Shown here: piece by piece, positions 40,027 through 49,705 of the stretch
Position numbering within the stretch: the stretch's first letter is position 1
Layout of the letters: each line of letters starts with the position of its first letter
NCBI GenBank assembly: GCA_902599315.1
Contig: CACKEY010000001.1
Location: 173,328 to 237,327 of the forward strand
Origin: an uncultured SAR86 cluster bacterium
GTDB lineage: Bacteria; Pseudomonadota; Gammaproteobacteria; Magnimaribacterales; D2472
Direction of reading: 5' to 3'
Length of the DNA: 64,000 nucleotides
The notes under the pieces: model-generated
Database searches by the model: none
What the model saw: the letters and a program-made list of their open reading frames with translations, nothing else
Told to the model about the DNA's origin: nothing
Position numbers and translations under genes: made by a program

Positions 40027-40869
40027 ATGTTTACAAAGCTAGATCATTTAATTGTTGCTGTTAAAGATTTAGAGGAGGCAGAAAACAACTATAAAAAATT
40101 ATTTGGCTTCCCTCCAGTTTGGAAGGGTACTCACAAAGATTTAGGAACAAGCAATTCACTGTTTAATTTTGAAAATACATATTTTGAACTTTTATCTGCT
40201 TCTGGCAATGGCGCGGGTGCTGATCTAGTTAATCATTATCTTGCGCAAAGTGGAGAGGGCTTGATAGGAATGGTTTTTGCAACCGAAGATATAAATTCAG
40301 CAAGGCATTCCCTTTTAGAAAAAGGATTTCTAGTTGAAGAGCCATCCAGTGGACAAGGAATAAATAATTCTGATCAACAGACAAGAAATTGGAAAAATTT
40401 ATTTTTGCCTCCTGAGCTTACTAGAGGTATATTTTCATTTGTAATAGAGCACTTAGATGAGAATCTCCCTCAATCAAAAGCGTTAAATGCCTCTTCACCC
40501 CATAAATTGGATCACGTTGTAATTAATACCAATGATGCTGACGGTTTTATTAAAATTTACAAAGATGCTTTTAATATTCGACTTGCTTTAGACAAAATCA
40601 TTGAGCACTGGAACAAACGAATGCTTTTTTTTCGACTCAATAAAACCACGATTGAGGTCATTGAGCAAAAAGATGATTTGTCATCCAATGATCAAATGTG
40701 GGGACTTGCCTGGGATGTAAAGGATATAGAAAAGGCTCACAAAAGACTCACAACTGAGGGGATTGAAGTTACACCTGTGCAAAAAGGCATCAAAGAAAAA
40801 ACCCTTGTTGCAACAATTAAATCACACAATCATAATGTGCCTACTTTACTCATTCAGCATTTAAATTAA
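40027..40869 (+). CDS. VOC (glyoxalase/bleomycin-resistance/dioxygenase) family protein, two-domain
   Basis: 280 aa with two repeats that each start with LDH-hydrophobic-V (KLDHLIVAV and KLDHVVINT), typical of VOC modules. Confidence 0.7.
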   Translation: MFTKLDHLIVAVKDLEEAENNYKKLFGFPPVWKGTHKDLGTSNSLFNFENTYFELLSASGNGAGADLVNHYLAQSGEGLIGMVFATEDINSARHSLLEKGFLVEEPSSGQGINNSDQQTRNWKNLFLPPELTRGIFSFVIEHLDENLPQSKALNASSPHKLDHVVINTNDADGFIKIYKDAFNIRLALDKIIEHWNKRMLFFRLNKTTIEVIEQKDDLSSNDQMWGLAWDVKDIEKAHKRLTTEGIEVTPVQKGIKEKTLVATIKSHNHNVPTLLIQHLN

Positions 40870-42131
40870 TGAAAAATATAACCTTATTTGTAATAACAAC
40901 CTCTTTATTGAGCTTTTCCCTTTCTTCAACTGTCAATGAAGCAACCATTCATTCTGAAAAAATTATTCTTGGATCAGGTTGTTTTTGGGGAGCTGAAAAA
41001 GGTTATGAAGCATTACCAGGAGTAATAGACGCAGTTTCTGGATATGCTGATGGAAATGGTATTCGTCCGACCTATAGAGAAATTACAAAGTTAAAAAATA
41101 AGTTTAATGTTAATAACCATGCTGAAGTAGTTGAGGTTACATACAACAAGAATATTATTTCAACAGAAAAACTTTTAATGCATTTTTTTGAATCTCATGA
41201 TCCAACTCAAATAAATAGACAAGGTAATGACATAGGAACCCAATATAGATCTATTATTTTGTACAGCAATGAAGAACAAAAGAGGATCATTGAAAGCGTA
41301 GTTCAAACCTTTCAAACACTCTTATCAAATGAAGGATATGGGGTTATCGCTACCTCAGTTAAGCCAATTGAAAAATTTTATATGGCCGAAAACTATCATC
41401 AGGATTACATTGCAAAAAATCCAAATGGATATTGCCCCGATCACTCTACAGGAGTTAAGTTTGCCAAAACTAATGAGCCATCTTTAATAGATAATTCTGA
41501 ACTATTAAAAGAAAAAAAAATAATAGTTATTGAAGCAGAAGGATTTTGTCCCTATTGTGAAAAATTTAACGTAAATGTTGTAAATAATTATGATGGTGAT
41601 ATTCCAGTTATTTTTAGATTTGCACACCAATTAGAGGGCCTTGAAATTGATTCTCCTACATGGGCCACTCCAACTATTTTATTCTTAGAAAATGGCAAAG
41701 AGGTTTTTGCTCATCAAGGATATTTAAATCCAAAGGAATTTTATCAGGCCCTTGGTTACTTTAAATTGGGAGATTCAGAGGCTTACCGAGTTGCATTTGA
41801 AAAAGGGACAGATGCAAGATTTTGCAAAGAATATGAGATATTCAAGGATACGCCTGATGGAATTTTCGTAGATAAGCTAAGCGGAGCACCATTATTTGAT
41901 ACAAAAGATAGATTTAATTCTTCCACAGGCTGGCTTTCTTTTACTAAACCTATTGAAGGATCTGTTTATTCTATGCCTGACAATAGTTATGGGATGAGAA
42001 GAACTGAAATTAGATCAGTGACTTCTGATATACACCTTGGCCATGTTTTTTCTGACGGACCAAATGGTATGCCAAGATATTGCATCAATGCTACTGTTCT
42101 TGAATTCAAACAAAGATCATCAGAAACTTAA
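40869..42131 (+). CDS. msrAB: Periplasmic methionine sulfoxide reductase fusion: MsrA, a CPYC thioredoxin/glutaredoxin-like domain, and MsrB
   Basis: 420 aa with a signal peptide. The MsrA motif is GSGCFWGAEKGY, the central segment is GFCPYCEKF, and the MsrB motifs are GWLSF and HLGHVFSDGP...RYCIN. Confidence 0.88.
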   Translation: MKNITLFVITTSLLSFSLSSTVNEATIHSEKIILGSGCFWGAEKGYEALPGVIDAVSGYADGNGIRPTYREITKLKNKFNVNNHAEVVEVTYNKNIISTEKLLMHFFESHDPTQINRQGNDIGTQYRSIILYSNEEQKRIIESVVQTFQTLLSNEGYGVIATSVKPIEKFYMAENYHQDYIAKNPNGYCPDHSTGVKFAKTNEPSLIDNSELLKEKKIIVIEAEGFCPYCEKFNVNVVNNYDGDIPVIFRFAHQLEGLEIDSPTWATPTILFLENGKEVFAHQGYLNPKEFYQALGYFKLGDSEAYRVAFEKGTDARFCKEYEIFKDTPDGIFVDKLSGAPLFDTKDRFNSSTGWLSFTKPIEGSVYSMPDNSYGMRRTEIRSVTSDIHLGHVFSDGPNGMPRYCINATVLEFKQRSSET

Positions 42132-42197
42132 TAAAACCCCTTTTTTAATTAACATCTGCTTTCATCAAATCAATTTATAGGTATAAACTATCATGTA

Positions 42198-42470
42198 ATG
42201 AATATATCTATTCTTTTGGTCCTGATATCGGCCGCACTCCTTTTTTTAGGCCACTTTACCTTAGCGTTAATTTTTTTTATATCAGCAGTTTTATTCTTTC
42301 TTATTGTTTTTGTTTTCGGGAGATTTTTTGATCATTTATATTGGGAAAACAAAAATAACACAATAAATAATGAAAGTGATTTAGATCATACTGATAATAA
42401 ACTTTCTCAGTTCCTATATGAGCAATATCTAAAAGGGGTTTATTGGAACGATAAACGAAAAAACAGATGA
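42198..42470 (+). CDS. Hypothetical small membrane protein
   Basis: 90 aa with two N-terminal TM helices. It overlaps the next gene by 4 nt. Confidence 0.5.
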   Translation: MNISILLVLISAALLFLGHFTLALIFFISAVLFFLIVFVFGRFFDHLYWENKNNTINNESDLDHTDNKLSQFLYEQYLKGVYWNDKRKNR

Positions 42471-43495
42471 TATTATCCATCACCCTTGATCGTAAAAAGG
42501 GTGGAATAGCAAACAGTTTAATCTCTTATTCTAAAGCGCTTGATTTAATTGGAGAAAAACATTTTATCATTTTGCCCAACGATGCCGCTGTGAAAGATGA
42601 CTTATTAAATTTACCAAATGTTCAAATTTTTTCTATTAAAAAATCTTTACTTTACTTTCATCTTTTAACCAAATTTATTTTTAAGCGAGACTATAAAAAT
42701 CATATTGAAGATTCTAAGTGGATATTTATTCATAACTCAAAGTTGATTAATTTTTTTAATCAATATAGTTTTAAACTCGGAATGATCAATCATTCTGGCA
42801 AGCTTCGAAATACCCTTCATAGGGCTTTTAATATATTTTTAACTCACTCGGGATATGAAAGATTTATTTCTCACTATCCTGATAATGAATCCACTAATCT
42901 CGTTATTCCACATGGATTTAAACAATTGCAGGAAGCTTTAAGCTTAAAAAAAAATAAAGTCCTAAAAGTAATTTCTGCAGGTAGATTTGTAACTAAAAAA
43001 GGTTTTAATGACTTAATAAAAGCAGCTGAAAAACTGCAAAAAGACAATTTTCCAGTACAAATAGAACTTTTTGGCTCTGGGCCACTAGAAGCGGAGTTAA
43101 GAAAAAAAATAAATGACCTGGCTTTAAAAAATATCCGATTGATTGGATGGACTGAAGATTTGCATAATGAATTTAGAAAAGCAGATGTTTTTTGTATAAC
43201 CTCTTTAGAGGAACCATTTGGTTTAATTATTGGAGAAGCAATGATGAGCGGATTGCCCGTTATTTCCACTCAAACTGACGGAGCCATGGAAATTTTTGGG
43301 ACAGAGCCAGAGAAAAAGGGCGCAATCTATGTAGATTTTTCTTCTCCTGATGAAATAAAAAATGCAATTCAAGCTCTTAGCAACGATGAAAAAAGACTTT
43401 TACTTGCTCAAAACGCACATGACAACATCAATACGAATTTTAGTTTGGAAAGATTATCGAGGAAATTGAAGGATTTATTTGAATATGCAGATTAA
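42467..43495 (+). CDS. Glycosyltransferase family 4 (GT-B, GT1-clan)
   Basis: 342 aa with the E-x7-E region EEPFGLIIGEAMMSGLPVIST. Confidence 0.85.
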   Translation: MILSITLDRKKGGIANSLISYSKALDLIGEKHFIILPNDAAVKDDLLNLPNVQIFSIKKSLLYFHLLTKFIFKRDYKNHIEDSKWIFIHNSKLINFFNQYSFKLGMINHSGKLRNTLHRAFNIFLTHSGYERFISHYPDNESTNLVIPHGFKQLQEALSLKKNKVLKVISAGRFVTKKGFNDLIKAAEKLQKDNFPVQIELFGSGPLEAELRKKINDLALKNIRLIGWTEDLHNEFRKADVFCITSLEEPFGLIIGEAMMSGLPVISTQTDGAMEIFGTEPEKKGAIYVDFSSPDEIKNAIQALSNDEKRLLLAQNAHDNINTNFSLERLSRKLKDLFEYAD

Positions 43496-44510
43496 CGTTG
43501 GCCATCTTACCGAAGGTATTTCTGGGCACGATGGCCAGGCTTTAGGGGTTATAAAAAATTTAGTTGATTCCGGTTATAACATAAATGTAACAACTATCTC
43601 TGTTGGATGGAGCATTAGGCTTACGAGGGGAATTTTAAAATTCATATCAAGAAAATTATCAAGATTTCCAAATCCAATTAATATAAATTTAATAACCAAG
43701 TGTTATGCATTTTCATCCTTTAGAAATATAGATATTTTTATATCTTCTGGTGCAAATCTTGCTCCTTTAAATTTGGCACTTACAAAACAAAACAATGCAA
43801 AAAATATTCACTTAAGCTCAAAACGAGACTGGCATATCCAAGACTTTACGGCATACATAACAACAAAAAAAATTTCACCTTTAAAAAATAATCTAAGCCC
43901 AGATATTGTGCCAAATTTATTTGATCCCGCTAAGTGCAGGCAGGCAGGACAGACTTTCATTAAAGAAAATAATTTAAATGAGGATAAGTTTTCATTATTG
44001 ATACTGGGAGGAAATGGAATTGGATATGAATATGATATGAATGAATGGGAGGAAATCTTAAGGAATTTTTCTGACTTCTGCACAAACAGTAATACAAAAC
44101 CTCTTTTCATTACCTCACCGAGGACACCTACTGAAGTTGAAAATATCATTCAATCAAAATATGACACCTCTTTTTCAGTCCTATTTCATTCTGAAAATAA
44201 AAGAGGCAGTTTTTCTCATCTTTTGTACATAGCATCTAATATATTTGTCACTGAAGATAGCTCAACAATGTTATCAGAAGCTATTTCTTCAGGAAAAAGA
44301 GTAGTATCTATATATCCTCAAAATATTCATGCCCCAGAAAAATATTCAGAAATTATACGAAAGTATGAAGCGCTTAATTTTGTTACAAGAAGGAATATCA
44401 CTGGAATTTGTGATGGCCCTTTTAATGAAATGATAGATATTTCTTTTGAAGTAAATCAAGCATTTGTTGAATTTAATAAATTATTAATTGAGTTATTGTT
44501 TGACCGGTAA
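43479..44510 (+). CDS. ELM1/DUF1022-family putative glycosyltransferase
   Basis: 343 aa. The N-terminal LTEGISGHDGQALGV resembles the ELM1-family d-G-k-x-G-x-x-x-Q-x-x-G motif. It overlaps the GT4 gene by 17 nt. Confidence 0.5.
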   Translation: MNMQINVGHLTEGISGHDGQALGVIKNLVDSGYNINVTTISVGWSIRLTRGILKFISRKLSRFPNPININLITKCYAFSSFRNIDIFISSGANLAPLNLALTKQNNAKNIHLSSKRDWHIQDFTAYITTKKISPLKNNLSPDIVPNLFDPAKCRQAGQTFIKENNLNEDKFSLLILGGNGIGYEYDMNEWEEILRNFSDFCTNSNTKPLFITSPRTPTEVENIIQSKYDTSFSVLFHSENKRGSFSHLLYIASNIFVTEDSSTMLSEAISSGKRVVSIYPQNIHAPEKYSEIIRKYEALNFVTRRNITGICDGPFNEMIDISFEVNQAFVEFNKLLIELLFDR

Positions 44511-44563
44511 ACAATCTTTTTATTAAATTTAACTCCTTGCATTTTGATATACTGATAAAACAA

Positions 44564-45154
44564 ATGAAACTTAAAACCATATTTTGTATAGGCATGTTTG
44601 CCCTAAGCAGCTTTTCATTTTCAAATGAAAAAAGTATTGCAGAATGTGCAAAAATTGAAGATCCTAATCTAAGACTAAAATGTTATGACAGTTTTCTTTT
44701 AAGTTCGCCTCCTCAGGAAAAGAAAGAAAGTGCTCCATCCATGGAAAATGCAGATAATTACTTTAAGCCTCCTCCTAATAAAATTACAGTTGAGCCGATT
44801 CAGTCTGTTGAACCCTCGCAGGAGTTAAAACAAGCTCAAATTAAAATTCAAGAGACTGAAAGTGAATTGAAAAAGGTAAAAAGCGAATTAAAAAAAGCAC
44901 AAGAAATAGAAAGGGAGTTAAGAAAAGAGGATAAAGATGTCTTAGGAACTATAGTTAGTGTAAAAAAGACAGGAAATTATAAAATTGATATTACTCTTGA
45001 TAATGGTCAGGTCTGGCGATCTGTAGAGTCTGTATATAATAGGTTGCCAGTAAAAAAATCACAAAAAGTGATTATTTCCAAAGCTGCAATTAGCGGGCAC
45101 ATTTTGAGGGTAACAGGCAAAAAGGTTGCTATCAGAGTAAGAAAAATAAGTTAA
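44564..45154 (+). CDS. Hypothetical secreted coiled-coil protein
   Basis: The start is set at ATG 44564, giving the signal peptide MKLKTIFCIGMFALSSFSFS. The track start is TTG at 44537. The central segment is charged and coiled-coil-like. Confidence 0.55.
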   Translation: MKLKTIFCIGMFALSSFSFSNEKSIAECAKIEDPNLRLKCYDSFLLSSPPQEKKESAPSMENADNYFKPPPNKITVEPIQSVEPSQELKQAQIKIQETESELKKVKSELKKAQEIERELRKEDKDVLGTIVSVKKTGNYKIDITLDNGQVWRSVESVYNRLPVKKSQKVIISKAAISGHILRVTGKKVAIRVRKIS

Positions 45155-45157
45155 TTT

Positions 45158-45997
45158 ATGACCGAAATATCTGTAAATGAAGTTTATGCCATAGGTGCCC
45201 CAATAGTCCTGACGATGATCTTTATAGAAATTCTTATTTCAAATTTTAGAAACCAGAACTTTTATAAAAGGGGTGACACACTCTGCACCATTGGCTTGCT
45301 CTCTGGAAATATAATGATTGCTTTTGCAATCAAAGGCATGGTTTTAGCTTTACATATTTATTTGTATCAGTTTAGGGTCTTTGACTTTGCAAATCAGATA
45401 CCTATTTGGATTTTATGGGTCATCACATTTATTAGTATTGATTTAGTGTTTTACGTTTATCACAGAATGTCTCATCGCGTTAGATTTCTTTGGGCTATTC
45501 ATCTTAGCCATCATTCAAGTGAGGAAATGAATTTCGCAGTTTCGTTTAGGCAGGCTTGGTTTGGACCAATTTCTAAGATACCTTTTTTTATGGTATTGCC
45601 CTTACTAGGATTTGATCCAACTATAATTGCTGTAGCAGGAGTAATAAGTACCTTGTGGGGAATAGTTGGACATACTCAAGTTATTGGTAAATTGGGACTG
45701 CTTGAATGGATTTTTAATACCCCATCCCACCATAGGGTTCACCATGGCTCAAATAAACAATACATAGATAAAAATTACGGAAATTTATTAATTATCTGGG
45801 ACCGCTTATTTGGTACCTTTGAGCCGGAAGATGAGGAAGTGAAGTTTGGACTTGTAAATAATGTTAATACTTTCAATCCAGTTAAAGTTACCTTTATGGC
45901 ATGGATGTCTATGATCAATGATTTAAAACAGAAAAATAGTTTCATTGAAATAATAAAAGTAATCTTTGGCCCACCAATTACACATACAAAAGAATAA
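45158..45997 (+). CDS. Sterol desaturase / fatty acid hydroxylase superfamily protein
   Basis: 279 aa, membrane-bound, with His boxes HRMSH, HLSHHSSEE and HHRVHHG. Confidence 0.85.
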   Translation: MTEISVNEVYAIGAPIVLTMIFIEILISNFRNQNFYKRGDTLCTIGLLSGNIMIAFAIKGMVLALHIYLYQFRVFDFANQIPIWILWVITFISIDLVFYVYHRMSHRVRFLWAIHLSHHSSEEMNFAVSFRQAWFGPISKIPFFMVLPLLGFDPTIIAVAGVISTLWGIVGHTQVIGKLGLLEWIFNTPSHHRVHHGSNKQYIDKNYGNLLIIWDRLFGTFEPEDEEVKFGLVNNVNTFNPVKVTFMAWMSMINDLKQKNSFIEIIKVIFGPPITHTKE

Positions 45998-46041
45998 TTT
46001 CGAAAAGAATTTTCTTTATCCAATCGTGAGCAAGATAAAAC

Positions 46042-46404
46042 ATGATAAATGATGTTTATAAAATATTAACTGAAGATGAATGGATGAAAGGAAAAGTTTC
46101 ATCAAAAATTATAACTAAGCTTGATCTTAAAGATGGATTTGTACATCTCTCCAAAGCATCTCAGTTGAATGCATCTCTTTCATTGTATTTTGAGAATGAG
46201 CAAAGGGTGGTTCTCCTGCAGATTAATAAATCTAAAATTAAGAATAATTTAAAATACGAATTTTCAAGCAAATCCAATGATAGGCATGGCAAATTTCCTC
46301 ATTTTTATGGGATTCTTAATACAAACATGATTTCAAAAATATGGCAGCTTGAGAGGTCAGCATTTTGCATACCACAAGAAGTTTTATTCCAAGCGGAGCA
46401 ATAA
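46042..46404 (+). CDS. DUF952 family protein
   Basis: 120 aa with the GFVHLS and FPHFYG motifs characteristic of DUF952. Confidence 0.65.
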   Translation: MINDVYKILTEDEWMKGKVSSKIITKLDLKDGFVHLSKASQLNASLSLYFENEQRVVLLQINKSKIKNNLKYEFSSKSNDRHGKFPHFYGILNTNMISKIWQLERSAFCIPQEVLFQAEQ

Positions 46405-46407
46405 GAA

Positions 46408-46770
46408 ATGGAAGACTTAGAAGTAATACTAAAAAGATTTGATCAACCCGATGAGATTACAAACTTTGCAAAAGGTAAATTTGAAAAAATTACTATCAAT
46501 AATATGGTGTTAGGAAGGGCGACATATCAACCTGGCTGGAAATGGTCTGAAGATGTTGGACCTGGTATAGGAAAACCATTTTGTGATGTTGAGCATGTTG
46601 GTATGGTTGTTTCAGGAAGTGCAACAGCGTCATTCCCAGATGGAGAAACTACAGTCATGAAAGCAGGAGACATTTTTTATGTCCCATCTAGACCACACGA
46701 TAGCTGGGTGATTGGAGATGAGCCCTATGTTTCGATTCATTTCCTCGGTGCAAATTCGTATGCTAAATAA
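46408..46770 (+). CDS. Cupin domain protein
   Basis: 120 aa of beta-rich, cupin-like sequence (EHVGMVVSG...GDIFYVPSRPHDSW). Confidence 0.65.
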   Translation: MEDLEVILKRFDQPDEITNFAKGKFEKITINNMVLGRATYQPGWKWSEDVGPGIGKPFCDVEHVGMVVSGSATASFPDGETTVMKAGDIFYVPSRPHDSWVIGDEPYVSIHFLGANSYAK

Positions 46771-46815
46771 ACAATCTATGCGTTAGAATAAATTTTTTAA
46801 TTATTTATTTATAAA

Positions 46816-47295
46816 ATGAAATTTTTTCTTACTATTTCTATCCTTGCCCTCTCAATAAATTTTATTCATGCAGGACACCATGAAGACTTGGTTATGGATG
46901 GACAAAATCCATTTATTCTCATTGCTCGCATTCAAGTAAAACCAGACATGGTGGATGATTACCTTGAGATAGCTGATGAGGTTGATAAAGCTGTTGAATT
47001 GAGTGAGCCAGGCATGCTTTTTCATAATTTCGATGCAGATCCTGATAATCCTCTAGCATTTACATGGACAGAGGTTTATTCAAACAGCAATGCTTTTATA
47101 AAACATGATGCCAACCCACCAGTACAAGAATATGTTGCAAAGCATGCTGAGTTGGCTGATGGCTTTACAATTGAAATTTACGGTAATGTTTCAAAAAGTG
47201 TCATCGATACAATCAATCGCCTTGGGATTCCACTAAAGCATTTCAAAACAACAAGAGTTGGCTATGTTCGAGAAAAAAATTTTCAAGAATACTAA
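46816..47295 (+). CDS. Secreted ABM (antibiotic biosynthesis monooxygenase-like) domain protein
   Basis: 159 aa with a signal peptide and a ferredoxin-like ABM pattern (ILIARIQVKPDMVDDYL...FTWTEVYSNSNAFIKH). Confidence 0.55.
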   Translation: MKFFLTISILALSINFIHAGHHEDLVMDGQNPFILIARIQVKPDMVDDYLEIADEVDKAVELSEPGMLFHNFDADPDNPLAFTWTEVYSNSNAFIKHDANPPVQEYVAKHAELADGFTIEIYGNVSKSVIDTINRLGIPLKHFKTTRVGYVREKNFQEY

Positions 47296-47310
47296 AAGTC
47301 TTGAAAATTT

Positions 47311-47694
47311 ATGAAAATACTTAAAGAAGAAATCAAACTCCAATGTCCAGCAAATGAATTATGGGCAATTTTATCTGATCTAAGAAGAAGTGATTGGGTC
47401 CCCTCTATTGAAGAAATTGTATTGAATGACGACTGTCGGTCCTTTGAAATGAAAGGAATGGGCAAGATCACAGAAAAAATACTTAAGTGTCATGAGCAAG
47501 AAATGATTCTTCAATATTCTGCTATTGAGACACCCGCACCAATAGAACATCATCTTGCAACTATGCAAATATTTCCAATCAATGAACAAGAGTGCTTATT
47601 GACCTGGATCACTGAGATCTCGCCAGATATTTTTGCAGAAAGCATTCATCACGGCATGCTCAGTTCAATTGATGGAATTAAAAAAATAATTTAG
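47311..47694 (+). CDS. SRPBCC (START/polyketide cyclase-dehydrase-like) family protein
   Basis: 127 aa. The N-terminal IKLQCPANELWAILSDLRRSDW is typical of SRPBCC proteins. Confidence 0.6.
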   Translation: MKILKEEIKLQCPANELWAILSDLRRSDWVPSIEEIVLNDDCRSFEMKGMGKITEKILKCHEQEMILQYSAIETPAPIEHHLATMQIFPINEQECLLTWITEISPDIFAESIHHGMLSSIDGIKKII

Positions 47695-47696
47695 AA

Positions 47697-48329
47697 ATGC
47701 TTTGCAAAATTTGTGGCTCAGAGCATGTTGAAAGCTTTCAGACCTCTGATCAAAAAACTTACTGGAACTGTCTTTATTGCAATGGCAAATTTTTAGATGA
47801 AGATTATTTGCCCTCAAGCCTTGATGAGAAAGAGCGTTATTTAGAGCACAATAATGAAATTAATGATCCTGAGTACAGATCATTTCTATCAAAGCTTGCA
47901 AGGCCCTTAAAAGAAAAAATTCTACCGAACTCCACTGGGCTTGATTTTGGATGTGGCCATGGTCCTGCGCTAGCAGACATTTTAAAAAAAGATGGCTTCA
48001 ATGTTTCTTTATATGATCCATTCTTTTATCCAAACAAAGATGTTTTGACCAAGCAATACGATTTTATAACTTGCACAGAAACTGTAGAGCACTTCCATAA
48101 TCCTTGGAATGAATTTAATACACTAAACGCCCTTCTTAAGCCAAATGGGTGGTTGGGTATTATGACTTCATTTTTAACCTCAGACGTAATGTTTGAAAAT
48201 TGGTATTATCGAAGAGATCCAACACATGTAACCTTTTATTGTGAAAAAACTTTTGAAGTGATAGCTTCACAAAGGAATTGGATTTGTGAGATAAGATCGA
48301 AAGATATAGCGCTTATAAGAAAAAAATAA
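47697..48329 (+). CDS. Class I SAM-dependent methyltransferase with an N-terminal zinc ribbon
   Basis: 210 aa with CKICGS...CLYCNG followed by SAM motif I GLDFGCGHG. Confidence 0.75.
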   Translation: MLCKICGSEHVESFQTSDQKTYWNCLYCNGKFLDEDYLPSSLDEKERYLEHNNEINDPEYRSFLSKLARPLKEKILPNSTGLDFGCGHGPALADILKKDGFNVSLYDPFFYPNKDVLTKQYDFITCTETVEHFHNPWNEFNTLNALLKPNGWLGIMTSFLTSDVMFENWYYRRDPTHVTFYCEKTFEVIASQRNWICEIRSKDIALIRKK

Positions 48330-49642
48330 TGAATAAAACACCATCTACTTTAATGCAGCGTTTAAAATTTATTGGGCCTAGCATTATTGTAACTGGCAGT
48401 GTTGTGGGGAGCGGTTCAATTGCTTTATCGCCATTGCTTGGTGCTGCAACCGGCTTCACCTTACTTTGGTGGCTTTTATTAAGTCTTTGGAGCAAACCAC
48501 TCATTCAAGCTGAAATAAGTCGATATGTAATTGCCACAAATAAGACTTTTTTAGAAGCTTTTTCAGATATGCCTGGGCCAAAAACAAATTTCAGAGGTAA
48601 ACAAGCCTCTTGGCTAGTTTGGTTTATGTTCATAGGTGTAGTGCCCTCTGTTGCAGGCATGGGCGGTCTTGCAGGAGCTGTTGCAGAAGCTGGGCACATG
48701 ATGGTACCGATATTAAGCGTAGAAACATGGGTTATAGCAGCATGTTTTATTACCTGGTTTATTTTATATCTTGGAACTTATCAAACACTGGAGAAACTTC
48801 TTCTCGGCATGGTTTTCTTTTTTTCAGTGGTGACATTGGTGATTGCTATTGCAATGCAATCTACTCCATATGCAATTACTGGCTCTCAAATTCTAGGCGG
48901 CTTCTCGTTTACGTTTCCATTTGAACATGCAGCACTGGCTTTAGCAGTTTTTGGCTTCACTGGAATAAGTTACGGAGAAATTATGGCGTACACCTATTGG
49001 TGTCTAGAGAAAGGCTATGCCAAACATGGCGATGATTTAAACCAACTGAAAGCTTGGATTAAAGTCATGCAAACAGATGTTTGGGCAACAGTCTTTTTTG
49101 TAACCATTGGCACTCTTCCATTTTTTCTTTTAGGTGCAGCTGTCCTAAATACATTAGGTTTATATCCGCCACCAGATGGCGACATTATTCAAACTCTCTT
49201 GAATATGTTTACTTCTATCTTGGGAACCTGGGCCAAATGGTTTTTTATTCCTCTCGCCTTCTTTGTTCTTTTTTCTACTCTACTTTCAGGGACTGCGGCA
49301 TTTACAAGAACTATTTCAGACTATTTAATCTCAATTGGATTTGTTGATGAGCAAAAAAATACCCGCAAGCATTTAATTAAAATTATTGCATTAGTTGTAC
49401 CTTTATTTTCTTGCATTGCTTATTTTTTGCTTCCTAATCCAATCACTCTATTATTGATCGCAGGAATTTGGGCAGCAGTTGGTCTTCCAATAATAAATAT
49501 AGGTGCTATATATCTTACAAGTAAATTAAGCATGGAATTGCAGCCCAAACCAGTTACAAGGATTATTTTATGGATCACTTTGATCTTACAAGTTTCCATG
49601 GCATTCCTAATTTTATTCAGTCAGATAGTTGGCTTTGGCTAG
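48329..49642 (+). CDS. Nramp-family divalent metal cation transporter
   Basis: 437 aa with about 11 TM helices. The N-terminal GPSIIVTGSVVGSGSIALSPLLGAATGFTLLWW resembles Nramp TM1 and TM2. Its start overlaps the previous stop by 1 nt. Confidence 0.7.
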   Translation: MNKTPSTLMQRLKFIGPSIIVTGSVVGSGSIALSPLLGAATGFTLLWWLLLSLWSKPLIQAEISRYVIATNKTFLEAFSDMPGPKTNFRGKQASWLVWFMFIGVVPSVAGMGGLAGAVAEAGHMMVPILSVETWVIAACFITWFILYLGTYQTLEKLLLGMVFFFSVVTLVIAIAMQSTPYAITGSQILGGFSFTFPFEHAALALAVFGFTGISYGEIMAYTYWCLEKGYAKHGDDLNQLKAWIKVMQTDVWATVFFVTIGTLPFFLLGAAVLNTLGLYPPPDGDIIQTLLNMFTSILGTWAKWFFIPLAFFVLFSTLLSGTAAFTRTISDYLISIGFVDEQKNTRKHLIKIIALVVPLFSCIAYFLLPNPITLLLIAGIWAAVGLPIINIGAIYLTSKLSMELQPKPVTRIILWITLILQVSMAFLILFSQIVGFG

Positions 49643-49705
49643 ACTTAGATTTTTAAAAGTCGCCTTAATAACATAAAATGCCCGACTAGATTAAGGATAA
49701 CTAAG

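Noticed and set aside
46408-48329. A run of cupin, ABM monooxygenase-like, SRPBCC cyclase-like and methyltransferase genes, resembling aromatic polyketide tailoring enzymes.
   Set aside because: No ketosynthase, ACP or other scaffold-forming gene is nearby. The ABM protein carries a signal peptide and the others do not. All four folds are very common generic families.
48610-48924. Cys/Arg-rich 104-aa alternative-frame ORF inside the Nramp gene. It drew attention after the poly-Cys sORF.
   Set aside because: It is an off-frame reading of a polytopic membrane gene. The Cys/Arg richness follows from reading GC-containing hydrophobic codons out of frame, and it has no start-site context.
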